Positions 27,696 to 40,703 of a DNA stretch of 64,000 nt are shown here, in pieces. The DNA is from Tubiluchus corallicola (taxonomy: Eukaryota > Animalia > Priapulida). Each line of letters begins with the position of its first letter. Position 1 is the first letter of the stretch. The notes under the pieces were generated by a model. That model did not search any database. It was not told where the DNA came from and saw nothing but the letters and a program-made list of their open reading frames with translations. The position numbers and the translations under genes were made by a program. Location: assembly GCA_030141605.1 (NCBI GenBank), contig JAQGDQ010000233.1, positions 62,001 through 126,000 of the forward strand. The letters are read 5' to 3'.

Positions 27696-30256
27696 CTAAG
27701 GCCAATGTAAAACACATGGCTGGGTAGTCTACATGGCATAATTGTGGGACCATAATATCAAGGATCTCAAATTTCTGGTTCAAATCCACATGTAACAAGA
27801 CTGTGTAAGTCTTTTATAAGTAAGAAGCTTTAATTTAATATAAAACACATGAGAGGATTTATATTACAATTTAAAGCAAACATATTTTACTCATGCTTAC
27901 AGGGTCTGTTCATAATGTAAAAGTAGTATACTAAGCAATTATATTATTCATCGTGCACAGAGATATTCCAAATAATTTGTTGACCTACATTTTGTTTGCA
28001 TTTTATGTGGCCCTGGATTCCTAAAAAATCCTCTAAAATTTGGCATAAACAACATACAGCCTCATTCAACGGCTGTGAGTCAGACATAAATGTAAGAAGC
28101 CAGCGCACACAGCAAGCACACAATGTACTGAATCCCTCAACACAGCTGGAACACAGTGAAGCCCTCCTCTCTGGCAGACTCAAGTATCAACAACCATGCT
28201 GTATGCCTGCAGCATCTGGCCAGTCAGACTGGAAATGATATACTACAGGAAGTGGTCAGCATAATCAGCAACTACACTGCCACAAAACAACAACTAAAAC
28301 TGTACCAGTAACAATTATAACTCAATCACTTAAACAATGACTAGTGTTAATCTGTTAAACATCAGAGATAAGCTAGTAACAAGAATTAGGAGTACAACAA
28401 CTAGGTCAATAGTTTAGAAATAAAAACAGCATTGTATGGTTCAGTTATAAAATCTACAAATAGAGAGATTTAAAGTGATGGTCAGAGAATATGAAAATAT
28501 GCAATTCTACACAAACAAGTAACAAAACTGGAAAGCATTCAAATAGAGGTGTAAATACATCATTTCACATGAAGTCACTAAATGGGCAAAAATTAATTTT
28601 GACATTTTCTAACCTTGTGACTTTTCTAACCAACTAACAAGCGATGAGCTCCAGGTCTTACCAAAATCTATTTTTGTGCCAAATTTGCTTCGGCAGAATG
28701 CCCAAGCTAGTACTCAAACACAGTCTATAACAGGTGGGCATGCCTAGACCTGACTTAATAATGTGAGCTTTACGAAAATGAAAAGTGCATCCAGAGTAAT
28801 AACAAACATATTAAAATACGCTGACAAGAAACTGTACATTTAAAAATACAAATACAACACACTCAACAAAAACATAATATAAAAATTCTAGTGAGATTTA
28901 TTTGCCAGGGGCTTATAAAGACGTCCAGGCTTAATTAGCAACTATAAAATCTGGAAAAACTTCTGAGTTACATGTTAGCTAAAAACTACGTATATATAAA
29001 TTTTAATGTCTGAGATATATGCCAAGAGTTTATATCAGAAGCTTGATTCTAAAATTTTTTTCCTGTCAAGTAAGTTCTACCAACAACCAGACTGCCACAA
29101 TTACCAGTAGTCATATAGTTTTAAAGAAAAAGGGAAGTTAAATTACAATACAAGACAAAGTTTAAAAGTTGTTACACTAGCTCAAGTAAAATTTAACAGC
29201 AAAGTAGCTAGAGTGAATTTATTAATTTTCTTATTAATTAACCATGTGCAGAGGTTTAGGAGACTGCATGGATAATCTGCAGTTTACTAAATAACATTTA
29301 GCCACTAAACAGGGATCAACAAAAGGCTTACTGTGTTATAACAGGTGTTGCCGCCACTTTTTATATTTTGATAATTTTATTTTCACAACAGCCACTTGCA
29401 TGAACAAATTTAAAAACAACAGGAACATAAGGAACAATTGCACCTTGGTATTTTTACACTTTAACTTACATCAACTAATAAAGCAATGAATGTTGTTGGA
29501 AGAAGAGTAAGCACAACTTTCAATCCCTTTCTGTTAATCACAGCAAGTACAGAATTTACTTTCTTTACTGAAACTTTATGTTTAGTGCACGTTTTACACC
29601 AATGATAGCATACTGCATAGGCCATAGGTGATGGCAATTATAATGGATATAACTTGGGCAAGTTATGTTGGTATAACTGCCATATATAAAGAACCCTAGT
29701 TAGTGTCACCATATGCATACCACTGATTGTATCCATACTGTCACTGAAACTAAAATGATCAGTACTTTCACATTCATAGAATCAGATATCAAATGACAGG
29801 CTACTAACTACTTAAGCGTGAGAGATAGTAACTACTTAAGCACAGTAATATTGCTTACCATAATGGTGAGCACGCTGTGATATTTGTCGTGTAACAAGAC
29901 AATTAGTTTTACCTTCACATAAATAATGGGCAATTCATAGTGCTGTTCGTGGACAGATATTTACAAAAAAAACGTGCTCTGCCTCCAATCATAGCTCAAA
30001 GATATTAATATAGGAGACCTTTAGTGCATAAATATTATTCCAGAATTATATATAACTGATAGCACATAGGGAAAACATAATGACTCGCGCTTAATAGCTA
30101 CTGCAAAGATAGTTTGGATGTTAGACACGGGACGCGTGATAATGCGGATTGGACAACCATAAAATAATAATACAGAGGGTACAGAGATACCCGTACCCGT
30201 GGGAAAAACGATAACAATCCAAACTAGACACAAAGAAACAATAAAAGTTTACTTAC

Positions 30257-30583
30257 AAACAACAGTGACGCATTTTGGTACAATTCGCAAGGACACATCC
30301 TAATTTTATGTTTATTAGTAGACACTTCGACAAACAAGTTTATGAACCACTGCCATCAGGCGTTATAACATGCCCGGATGTGGAATTTCTGTTATTTTTC
30401 GGAAAGAGGGCGCTACAAACTAGAAAAGAGATTGTACATGGTACTGTACTGCCGTACGCCTTAATTTTGTTTTCGTAACCGAACTGCTGGACCTGATATC
30501 TATCTCAAAACTAATGTTAAAATGGTTACTGTTTTTGTTTAGTCTTCAATTTTTATGAATAGTGTGAACTTTTTTCTTTTCAG
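30257..30583. promoter_or_regulatory. Putative bidirectional promoter and non-coding first exons of MRTF (-) and PICK1 (+)
   Basis: Minus-strand donor GTAAGT at 30256-30251. Plus-strand acceptor TTTTTCTTTTCAG ending 30583, just ahead of the PICK1 ATG exon. Local CpG enrichment and an ETS-type CCGGATGT at 30374-30381. Confidence 0.65.
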
Positions 30584-30617
30584 TGATAGTAATCTTCCAT
30601 ATCCTGGGCAACTTACG

Positions 30618-33600
30618 ATGGATTTTGACTATGAATTGGAAGAAGACAAAATGTTGGTTTCGTTCATTTTTATGCTGTTTGGTAGTATTTTGAAAATTAT
30701 TAATTGAATTAGAATTAGTTTGATTTATTTCGATTACTAGAGAAGTAGTATCCTGTTCATATGCGGTGCTCTGCTAGTGTTGACATTATTGTGCTAATTA
30801 TAGGGTTACCATATTGTCTGAGCTGAAAAAGGGGACACTTTCTAGCTATGATGCTGCTTGACGGTATAAAAGGCCAGTGTTCGTTCAGCCGCCGACACAG
30901 AATCGTCAGTTTCAAAAGCCAGGTTTTACAAAAAAATCCGTGACTCTTGTGGACGAACTTTCTCCTCGAACACTCTTACCATGTTTCTATGTGCTGACGT
31001 GGGCATCCAAATCCAGCGCACCTTCATTTGCAACAGAAATGAAAATTCCACCACCACATGTCGAGCATTCGGCTTCCCAGTAATATCGACCTGCGCGAAA
31101 ACACGGGTACTTGGCCTTCATTTCATCTGTAAATGCACACTGTCATTTTGGCATTGCTACTTTCTAATTAACTTTTACCAGTTGCTCAAAACTGTAAAAC
31201 AGCGAAACTATACAAATTTTAAGAAATTCACATAAAAACAAACAAAGTGGCTCCCGGAAGCTTACGTCATTTTAAGTCGTTAACGAAAACGCCAAGTATC
31301 GACAGCGGTGTGAGTCATGTGACCCATAGTGACGTGCGCATCGCTTGCTTTTGTTCAGTAAATATGTACACAAAGCTTTTACAAGGGTTGCATTTTGAGA
31401 TGTTAACAACATCTTGTATTGAAAATTAACGAGCTTTTCTTTGTCTCGTACTGTCGTACGCCTCTGCAGTTGGCAACGTCCGTACATACTTACGGATTGA
31501 GGCAAAACCCGGACAAACTGCCGATTTTTTGAAAACCCGCCCGGACAGAGGCCCAAAAAGAGGACGTGTCCAGGGAAACCCGGACGTATGGTAACCCTAT
31601 ATATATATAGTATAAGGTAAGGTAAGGTATATATGTATATTATAGCACAAACTGTCAACTGGTGAATCATTGATGGTTGATGATGAAAGATGATTCCGTG
31701 GTTGAACTACGCGATGCCCAAAGGAGTGTGATCTGATGTTGGTTCTAGCTGATTGCACAAATAACTTAAGACTCATGACCACGAAAAACTCTGTGAGGCC
31801 TGGAAAAAATCTGATTCTGTCAGAACAGTACTTCCGCTAATTATTTTTATGCAGTTAACAAGGTCTACAGTCTTACTCTTCGCTCGACAGTAGCAAATTC
31901 CATATTCCAGAATGGGTCGAACAACAGCTTTATAGAAAGGAATAATACATACATTATTATATTTCTCGTTTACTTATGATCTAAGGCTAAAACTTAAGGC
32001 TAAGCATTGGGCAATTTTTCTGAGATGCAGCTGTCACGCTGAAAAAAACTCATTGGTTCTTGTTGAATATTACTTAATCGAGCTAATGCTTGAACAAGTA
32101 ATTTGAAGTTACTTAATTAGTGTCTGTCGTAACTTATGCATATAATTTATGTGTGCAGCTAAAGCTTTTGATAGGGTCACCCATCAATGTCTTCTTGTCA
32201 AGTATCAGGCCTAGTGTATATTGGGTAATCTATTTTGCTGAATAAGAGAATGGTCGAGAAATAGACTACAGATGGTGGTGATACAGAGCAAACAATCATC
32301 GACACTTCCATTTCTCTCTGGAGTACCCCAACGTAGCATTCTTGGACCACTATTGTTCATTACTGACATTGATAATAGTATCGTCTCCGAACTGGACAAA
32401 TTTACAGGCGATCCTAAACTTGCCAATTGTGTGTCTTTGCCATAATATAATATGCTGCTGATTTGCAAGCTGATTTAGATGAAATAAACCAATTGTCCAA
32501 ATATTGGTAAATGACTTTTATCACAGCAGACAGAAAGTGCAATTGTTACACCTTGAGAAGAATAATCCCGAATACCAATATCAACTTGATGGAAGATTTC
32601 TACCAGTGGTTACTTCTGAGTGTTGTTGTGGATGACCAACTCAAATTCCACATGCATGTGAATAATAAAGCCACCAAGGCAAATCAGATACTTGGTGTTA
32701 TCTCTCGAACAATTCTTAACAGGAATAGAAACATCATCATACCAATATGTAAAGCCCTAGGGATGCACAGACTGCACATTTTCATCAACCGAACCGAAGC
32801 CAATTTTTTTATTCTGGGTGCCACCGAACTGAAACTTAATCGAATGGTCGGCCGTACTGCCCAACTGAATTTCGAATAAAATATCAAGTTAAATTGGAAT
32901 AGTAAACCGAACTATTTACCAAAACCGAGCCAAATTTTCTTGTAATTCCAATTGAAAAGAGTTATAAACTCTATAGTATTTTATCAGTTTAAGTTAGTGG
33001 TGATTAGTGCGTGAGCCATGTAATATTGTTCTGATTACTAAATCTGTGTTTGAATTTAATGGTTACTGTTATGGTAGAAAAGCATTAAGGACTTTAAAGG
33101 CAGCCCTAATTTTTTCGAAAGCTGTTCAAGCTATTATGCATAATCATCAAAAACAGTATTTAAGCAATTTTATTTAAGGTAAAATTGTTTACTGCCTTGA
33201 GTTCTCATTGATTTATTTATGCAAATACAGCTTTGCCACACTCTTGCACATTGATACGACTTGTGTACTGACGTTGCATCACATTTTTTGAGCTACATAT
33301 ACAGAAGCAGAAAACAAAACATCGGCTGTTGGGATATGTTCACTGTTTACTATCAGCTTTTTTCGGATGATTGTATGAGCATTATAGGGAAATATTTCGT
33401 TTTGTTTAATATAATTTTTACCGGATGTGGTAATTATTAAAAAAAATAACTTCGGTATACTGAAGGTTCACCAAAACATTAGTGATTACAAGTTTACCTG
33501 ACTGGATTTTTATACTGATATTTGCGGGGAAAATTCAGTGATCTGAATAGTCGGTTGCCTCCCTGCTAGTAGGGCTACACATTGAATAGGCAAGTCAAGT

Positions 33601-36600
33601 TTGGAGCCCACATTACATCGAGGATATTTCGGCTTTAGAAAAAATGCAAGAGAGAGCAGTAAATATGGTCTCTGGTTTAAGCAGTACTACTTATGACCAC
33701 AAACTGCAGGAACTCAAGTTTATATTTAGTCTTGCATACATTCGTACCAGAGGCCGCTTAGGCTGATCAGTTGGCTAACATTCACCTCCAGGTGGCATTC
33801 ACTAGCTGGTAAAGTCTAATGAAAAAGAGGGTCGAAAATGAAAACGCTCACAATCAGGTGAAAAATAATTCTTGTTTCACTTTCAGGGGAATGCGTGTCA
33901 CCTCCGGGAGCACAACACTGAAAAAGAATGGAAACAATTTGATAGGTATTAGTATTGGTGGAGGAGCCTCTCTTTGCCCATGTCTTTATGTAGTGCAGGT
34001 AATACTACTAGTTAAAAACAGTAACACACAGCAGTGTCCAAGTCTATAATGTTCACCCACTTGGAGCCATCTTATTATTATAATTACACATATTTTTGTC
34101 TAAATATAAAAGCATTAAAACTTAAATGTATGTTAGTAATTTAGTATTTTTACTCTGATTAAACTAAATATAATAATTGTTTGTGTAACTGCTGCATTTT
34201 TCTTCTGCATACTAATTCCTGCAACATTTTTCCTTTAACTTCTACAACAAACAGACTGTGGAAGTCATACCTTTACTACCACACACAAACTAAGCTGCAG
34301 ATTCATGAATGTAAGGCAGCCCAGAAGAGACATTGATAACTTGAGTTTTTTGTAGGGAAACGATTCCAAATAAAATTAATTACAGTTGATAATTAATAAG
34401 AATAGCTAAAGCTTGTAAGGAAGAACTACAGATTTACCCCATCTGAGTAACAAGCGATTAAATGCCGTATTGTTTGAGAACAAAGACAAGACGACCCACC
34501 AGGCAGCTCATTAAATTAAACGTCTCTTAAACAATTTTTTATAAAAAAAAATTAACAGCTGCGTCTGCTGTTGTAATATCTTGTTTTATGTAGGTATTTG
34601 ATAATACACCAGCAGCAATTGATGGTGCTCTGGCAGCAGGAGATGAGATTACTGGAGTGAATGGAAAATCTGTACGAGGAAGAACAAAAGTTGAAGTTGC
34701 GAAACTCATTCAGGGAGTGCAGGTTGCAAATAAATTTTAATAATGTTAAGTTCTTGCAAAATAGTTTGACAGAAATTATTAGCAACATATAAAATTATTT
34801 TATATTCCAAGATTTTGAAACTTAACACACACTGAGCTCTCTTGCTATATACATCCTCTTACCAAAAACTAAACTTTCAGCCAAAATGGTCACAGAAAGT
34901 ATCAGCGGTGAACTCCTTTGCCAGTTAATTCCTCTGTACCCTAACTTGCTTTGAATGTACTGTGACTAATGCGATAACATTTTCACTATAAAATTGGGAG
35001 GGGAGCTGTTACTGAATTAGGTTAACTTTGTAATGTTCAGTTGTGAGAACAACAAAGAAAATACTTATTTTATTTTTAGTAACTATTATGTTGCCTGTTC
35101 TAGGGGGATGTCACAATTCACTTTAATAAGCTTCATGCTGATCCGACTCAGGGCAAAACTTTGGACATTGTCCTGAAAAAGGTCAAGCATCGAGTTGTTG
35201 AACACATGAGCTCTACAACAGCGGATGCTCTCGGTTTAAGTAGAGCCATATTGTGCAATGGTGCGTAATTCTACTCACTAATTAGAGCAAACTCAGACTT
35301 AGATATCCTGTGTTTAATTATAATGTTAAACATGCACTTTCATGTGGTCTAATGCCTGAGAAATCTAGGTAATGACTAAGGTCTATGAATACACCAAAGT
35401 GACTAATGAGCATGTTCAGAAGCTGCATCTAGCGGAAGAAATAGAATACGTCTATTTTCCTTGTTTTATGATATGCCAAGATGCCAGGTACTCAAAAATA
35501 GAATTCCTTTCCCAAATATAAATTGAACAGAAAAGACGGCAAAGAAGAGTACCTAATGAAGGCAGAGTATTTAAGAACTGCTGTGACGGAAGTAAATGCT
35601 ACATAGTATGATTATTTAGCTAAAGGCACATTTGCTTCATTTTGCAGATGGATTGGTTAAGAAACTTGAAGAACTCGAAAGAAATGCAGCCGTTTATCGA
35701 GGCCTCATGGATCATGTCCGTCGAATATTGAAAGCAAGTTTTGAGCTTTCTCAAGTGCATAGAGGTAAAGTGTTTTTCTCTTGTGGAAAATGCATCATTG
35801 AATATGTTTTGTAGACATCAAGTATTATTTGTATAACTATGTTTTATACAGGTGACTAGCTAAATTTTGTTTTAAACTATAATGCAACGAACTATGATAT
35901 GCTTTAAACACATGCCTTTTAGTGAATATTTCTATCTGTAGAACATGTTTACAGGATTCAATTTCATACCTTTGCAAGTTACAAAATTTAGTGCATGTTT
36001 TACTAATTTTACGAGATTTTATCCTTTCACTTAATTTTTTGGTAGCTTTTGGAGATGTATTTGCTGAAATTGCTGTACGTGAACCACAGCAAAATGCAAG
36101 TGAAAGTTTCACACACTTTGGAGAAGCTCATAGAGCTATGGAAAAATATGGAATAAAGCTCTTAAAAACTGTAAAACCAGTGAGTTTTTTGCAAATTTGA
36201 TGTTTTCTGTTGATACAAACTGTAAAATACAAGTTTATAAAATGAATTTACAGCTTAAGTAAAATGCTTAATGATTTTTATTTTGTATTGATCAATGTAT
36301 ATATTAATGGTTGGTAGAACTGGAACATTGGATTTATTAATAGTTGGTAGAACTGGAACAATTGTTTTTCATAATATTAATCTTTTTGTGCAGATGTTGA
36401 CAGATCTGAGCACATATCTCAACAAAGCAATTCCTGATACAAAGCTTACCATTAAAAAATACTGTGATGCTAAGTTTGAGTATTTGGTAAGTCAAACTTT
36501 TTTGGTGAGAGCTATGGTCTTCTGCATTTTTTTGTGTTTGTCTTAGCTTGTGGCACTCATTGCAAATTCATTTTTACTGTGATGGGTGTAGGTGGGTGTA

Positions 36601-38561
36601 GTGGAAAAGGACTAGTCAGTGTAAAGAAGCCGAGTAGCTTGTCAAGTGTCAACTAATTGACAATCCAACATTAACAAAAATATTTTAACCACCTCCTCGA
36701 GGAGGGAGGATCCTCTACTCGAACAATTCTGCAACTGTGGTGTTGTAAATGCAGGTTATGTCCAGCAAAATGACGAGTGTAGGTCCTAGATGAGTGGTGA
36801 GATTTTTTTTGGCGATGGCATTCAATGACTAACGGATATTAATGAAAATTTCAGAATGTGTCCAACAACACCTGTTGTACAAAACTTGCTATACGAAATT
36901 TGGACATGAAAACCGTTTGACCTTGTTTGTCTAAGAGGCACTAGGATGCTATTTGCATACCATTAGTACCTATGAGAATTTGTAAACCAAATTTAGTCAA
37001 AAAGAATGATATTGTGTTAAAATGTGAAGATCCTTGATGTGTCGAATATGAGCATTACAGACCTGCAGCCTGATCAATGCTCTAATCAAATTATGTTTTT
37101 TACTTGATATTAGTCAAATGTAATTAACATTGCAATATATATTTCAGTCATACTGCTTAAAAGTGAAAGAGATGGATGATGAAGAATACAGTTATGCAAC
37201 ATTAGGAGAACCGCTGTATAGAGTTGAAACTGGAAATTATGAATACAGGTTGGAAAAAATATTTTTATTTGAATTTATGTTTTATCATAGGCTGATCACC
37301 TACGTTCTAGTATAATAATTATCTAATTACATTTAGTTGTATGATTACAATTTTAAGGTACTCGTTTTTTAGGTTCATCAGACATGGCCTCTTGGCAACC
37401 GGTTCACTATTTGTACTTTTTGTAGCATACCTACTGGCTATTGTACATGCAGGTTTCTCAACTTTATTTATATAATAGGTTTTTCATTTTTAGATTTGGA
37501 TTTAATGTTTCTCCTTTTTAATTTTTGCAGATTGATATTACGCTGCAGACAGGAAGCCAGGGTAAGATTTGCCAAAATGCGTTCTGATGTGTTAGTCAAG
37601 ATGGAACTGCTTGACCAAAAACATGGTAATGTACAGCTACTTTGTACTAATAAGATTTCAATGTTTGTCTGTGAATATTCTCTACAGCAATTAAATGTAA
37701 TGTTTATGTAGTAATTATTACACTCTTCCACTTGAGAGTTGAAAACAAAGAAGCTTTGAAACAAATCTTTGCTTAAATGCCTCTAGAAAAGTGCATTGAA
37801 TCAAACAATAATAAATTGGAAAATACTGCCTTAGATACTGTAACTTAAACACTGATTTTAGTCTTATTAATATCTTTACTGGCAATCTTTTCAGTTCAAG
37901 ACATCGTGTTCCAGTTACAAAAGTTTGTCAACGGGATGTCCCATTATCATAATGATTGTCACAAGATTCTAAAAGAAGCTGATGTTTTCCCTATTGAGGT
38001 GGACTTATCAAGAAGCATGTTTGCATCCCGACCTGCAGGTTCGTCTTTCGTGATATTTAGTTAATGGGCCATGTAATAAGTTGCACATTTTGTTTTAAAT
38101 GTGGTTTAATAGCGATCTAATTTGCCACAAGATGCAGAAGTACAAAATAAGGAAAAATTTTGAAGTGAAACTGTACTAAAAAATTAAATTAATTGCAGGC
38201 AGTTAAATCTTGTACAAAATTTATTTGCATTTTTAGTTTGCTACAGGCCTGAGGGTCAGCTGAAGGTCAACTTGTTGGAAGTCATGGAACCTTCTCTGTT
38301 TAGAAGTGGCAATTTTCATTTTTGTGACGCAAAAATGAAGTAGATGAAAATGTTTCACATAAAACATGATCCAGTTTAATTGATTTTAGAGTATTTTTAT
38401 GATTACTACTTCTATAAAACTTCATAAGGCTAACAAGATGTTTTATTTAAATATTAGGTGAATATGTTCCTGATGAAGATGAAGATGATGACGATGAAGC
38501 AGAAGAAACGAAACTGGCAGTCGAAAATTCAGCTGTGACTGGAGACTTACTCGGACCATAA
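30618..38561 (+). CDS. PICK1: Protein interacting with C kinase 1 (PDZ + BAR), 11 coding exons, 406 aa
   Basis: Exons 30618-30652, 33887-33998, 34594-34722, 35104-35260, 35648-35764, 36046-36179, 36394-36486, 37148-37248, 37531-37625, 37895-38038, 38458-38561 total 1221 nt in frame. Translation: MDFDYELEEDKMG, PDZ NLIGISIGGGASLCPCLYVVQVFDNTPAA, ADALGLSRAILCND, BAR YLNKAIPDTKLTIKKY and YCLKVKEMDDEEY, VFPIEVDL, acidic tail. Confidence 0.97.
30801..31599. mobile_element. hAT (Blackjack-like) non-autonomous element in PICK1 intron
   Basis: Perfect 13-bp TIR TAGGGTTACCATA...TATGGTAACCCTA with subterminal (C)GGAC repeats. No clean 8-bp target-site duplication (TSD); the right flank is a TA run. 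Confidence 0.8.
31610..31900 (-). mobile_element. CR1 LINE 3' end fragment
   Basis: RGH...LKLFVQSARTNIRSHSFGHRVVQPRNHL resembles the CR1 ORF2 C-terminus, followed by a short (TTACC)n-type tail. Confidence 0.75.
32150..33735 (+). mobile_element. Decayed CR1 LINE ORF2 (RT domain), split by a DNA element
   Basis: AKAFDRVTHQCLLVK...SGVPQRSILGPLLF...FTGDPKL...KANQILGVISRT...KAL ends near 32757 and resumes at 33566 as LVGLHIE*ASQVWSPH...LEKMQERAVNMVSGL. Contains multiple stops. Confidence 0.88.
32758..33565. mobile_element. hAT-Ac-like non-autonomous element nested in the CR1 copy
   Basis: Degenerate TIRs TAGGGATGCACAGACT and AGTCGGTTGCCTCCCTG, repeated ACCGA subterminal motifs, and a precise interruption of the CR1 frame. 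Confidence 0.75.
36302..36367. repeat. Tandem duplication, 2 x 33 bp
   Basis: TATTAATRGTTGGTAGAACTGGAACA at 36302 and 36335. Confidence 0.9.
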
Positions 38562-38929
38562 TTTTCTATTGGCAGCAGCTTTTCTATCCCTGACAATTAT
38601 TCCTTCATAACAACATACAAGAGTCATTATTGTGCCTGATGACCATCCCAAGATGTAGCAAATCTGGAGATTCTTCAAAAAGTTACAGGAAACATGAAAA
38701 TTCTTCAAAAAACCTATTACATCGGGATTTTTTTTTGACATTCAGTTTAAATATCTCTGTCAATTAACTGAAAAAACCACATCACAGATGAAATTTAAGA
38801 TCAATAACAAATTATTGGATAATTCAAAGCGGCAAAATTGCGATTTCGGTTTGTTAAATTTGGTTGTTGATTATTGTAGTATGAGGCACTTTTAAGTTGT
38901 TCTTGCACAGCTTATTTAAAGTTAATTAA

Positions 38930-39469
38930 AGGAAAGGACAGGTCACTTAGCATGTCAGGTTTATCACTTCAAATTTAGAAAAATATAACAAAGAAATTGT
39001 AAAAATGTCTATAAAGCATAAAGTTAATTTATACTATGACTGTATAAAAATGTTCAGATACTGTGGTAGCTATCATTAATTTGAAAATTATAACGTAACT
39101 GGTGAACTTGATGACATTTCGTAAGCGCATCCTAGCTATCCGTAAATGCTCGCTTCTTAAAGTAATTCAAACTTCTTGAAGATTGAAGACTGTAGCTTAC
39201 CTAATGTTCATGTAAAAACATGAAAGTTTGCTATCCAATTTTTTGTTAAAACTTATTACACTTTTGACGGAAATTGACAGTGCACTGCTTCAGCCGATGA
39301 ACGATGTAATGGCAGAAGAATGAGCATTCAAAATGGAATGCCCAAGCATGAAATGATCGCAACTTTACAGTGATTTTGCTAATTATACGAGACACTTCTC
39401 ACTAAGGCCTTCTAAATTCTTCTTGGACATCGAAATAAGTCAAACTTCCTTGAACACTTGGCCCTTCCT
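38930..39469 (-). mobile_element. Kolobok-type MITE, copy B (probable PICK1 3' UTR)
   Basis: TTAA|AGGAAAGGACAGGT...ACTTGGCCCTTCCT|TTAA has an intact TTAA TSD and AGG termini, and is homologous to 27153-27695. Confidence 0.85.
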
Positions 39470-40363
39470 TTAAAAACTGAGCAGATGTGGTGGCTTGCTA
39501 AATTTGTCCACCGAACAAGAATTTTGCAATTAGTTTCATTCAGTGAAATAAAAATGTACTGCCATTTTTGGTTTTACTAAAAAAGGAGATGTACAGTGAG
39601 ACATCAGTTAAAATACTGAGACTCGCAGTAAAACCGTGAAAGTCTGTGACCATATTGTGGACATGCCAAAATCGGATTCTGAAACCTCTTTTCAATTTTA
39701 GACTATACTGCCATTCAATAAATGGTGTATTTTTTTGGATTTTACCATTCCGGTAGTAATCCAGTGTTTAATGTATTAAGTGTTACTGGTATTAGGGCAC
39801 CTGAATTGGAACGTAATATTTGGAAATAATGGAAAAAGTAATAACAAATTAACGATGAAAGGAACAATGTTGGCACAGCCTGAATCTGATATTTAGTAGT
39901 ACTTTTTACCTTATCGTTGTTTAAGTAAAGACAAAAGGAAAGTCCAGTGCTCCCTCCTCAATTGTTGTTTTCTGTATCAACTTGGCCTGTTCACAATTAA
40001 GCACTTAAACTGTTTACAGTAAGTGCTAGCACTTACTCTTGCTCTTTTTAACAGTATTACAGTACTGAACCTATATTGTTACAACAGTATCATTATCTGT
40101 ATTGCATTGTGAGCAATAATCGACATCAATTTTTAATTTTACGAACTCTTATTGTATGAACATACACATTATACCAAAGAAAAAAGCAGGTTATTCCATT
40201 ATATTCTATAACATTATTTATTTATTATGTATACATATATTACATTGTTGTGACAGGCCTATGGAATGCCTGCTTTAGTTATTATTTAAACTGACTTAAG
40301 TAATGTGATTGAAAGACTTTCCATATTTTAGGTGAATATAATGTTACATGTATATTCCAGATG

Positions 40364-40375
40364 AATAAATTTATT
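40364..40375. terminator. Candidate bidirectional polyadenylation signal AATAAA/TTTATT
   Basis: Perfect 12-bp palindrome AATAAATTTATT between convergent genes. TGTA lies upstream on each strand (40349 on +; TACA at 40376 and 40387), and a GT/T-rich tract follows near 40409. Confidence 0.5.
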
Positions 40376-40703
40376 TACATTTATATTACAGTATACTTTG
40401 ACTAACAAGTGTTTTTCACTAATCTGTAAACTATTTTCTTTTTGTCTAACAACTTCTTAACTCTTCTTAACTAAGTAGACTCTAGAAGATTTTATTTTAT
40501 CTTCAAAATAGACAGCAGGAAGTCGTTCATCCCACGGAAGAAAGATTCACTTGCAAAAATGTTATTATTGTAAAAGTTTACAGATGGTTGTCGTTGATGT
40601 ACACATCAGTTGTTAACACCATACTTAATAGATTATCCCATGTTCTTTATCCATGTTATACATCATGTTCTTTGGTAGTTATTAACATATCACTACCAAC
40701 TGA

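Noticed and set aside
39562-39571. CArG boxes (CCATTTTTGG here, CCAAAATTGG at 1567) as SRF/MRTF feedback sites
   Set aside because: Expected by chance in AT-rich DNA, and neither is near the MRTF/PICK1 promoter.
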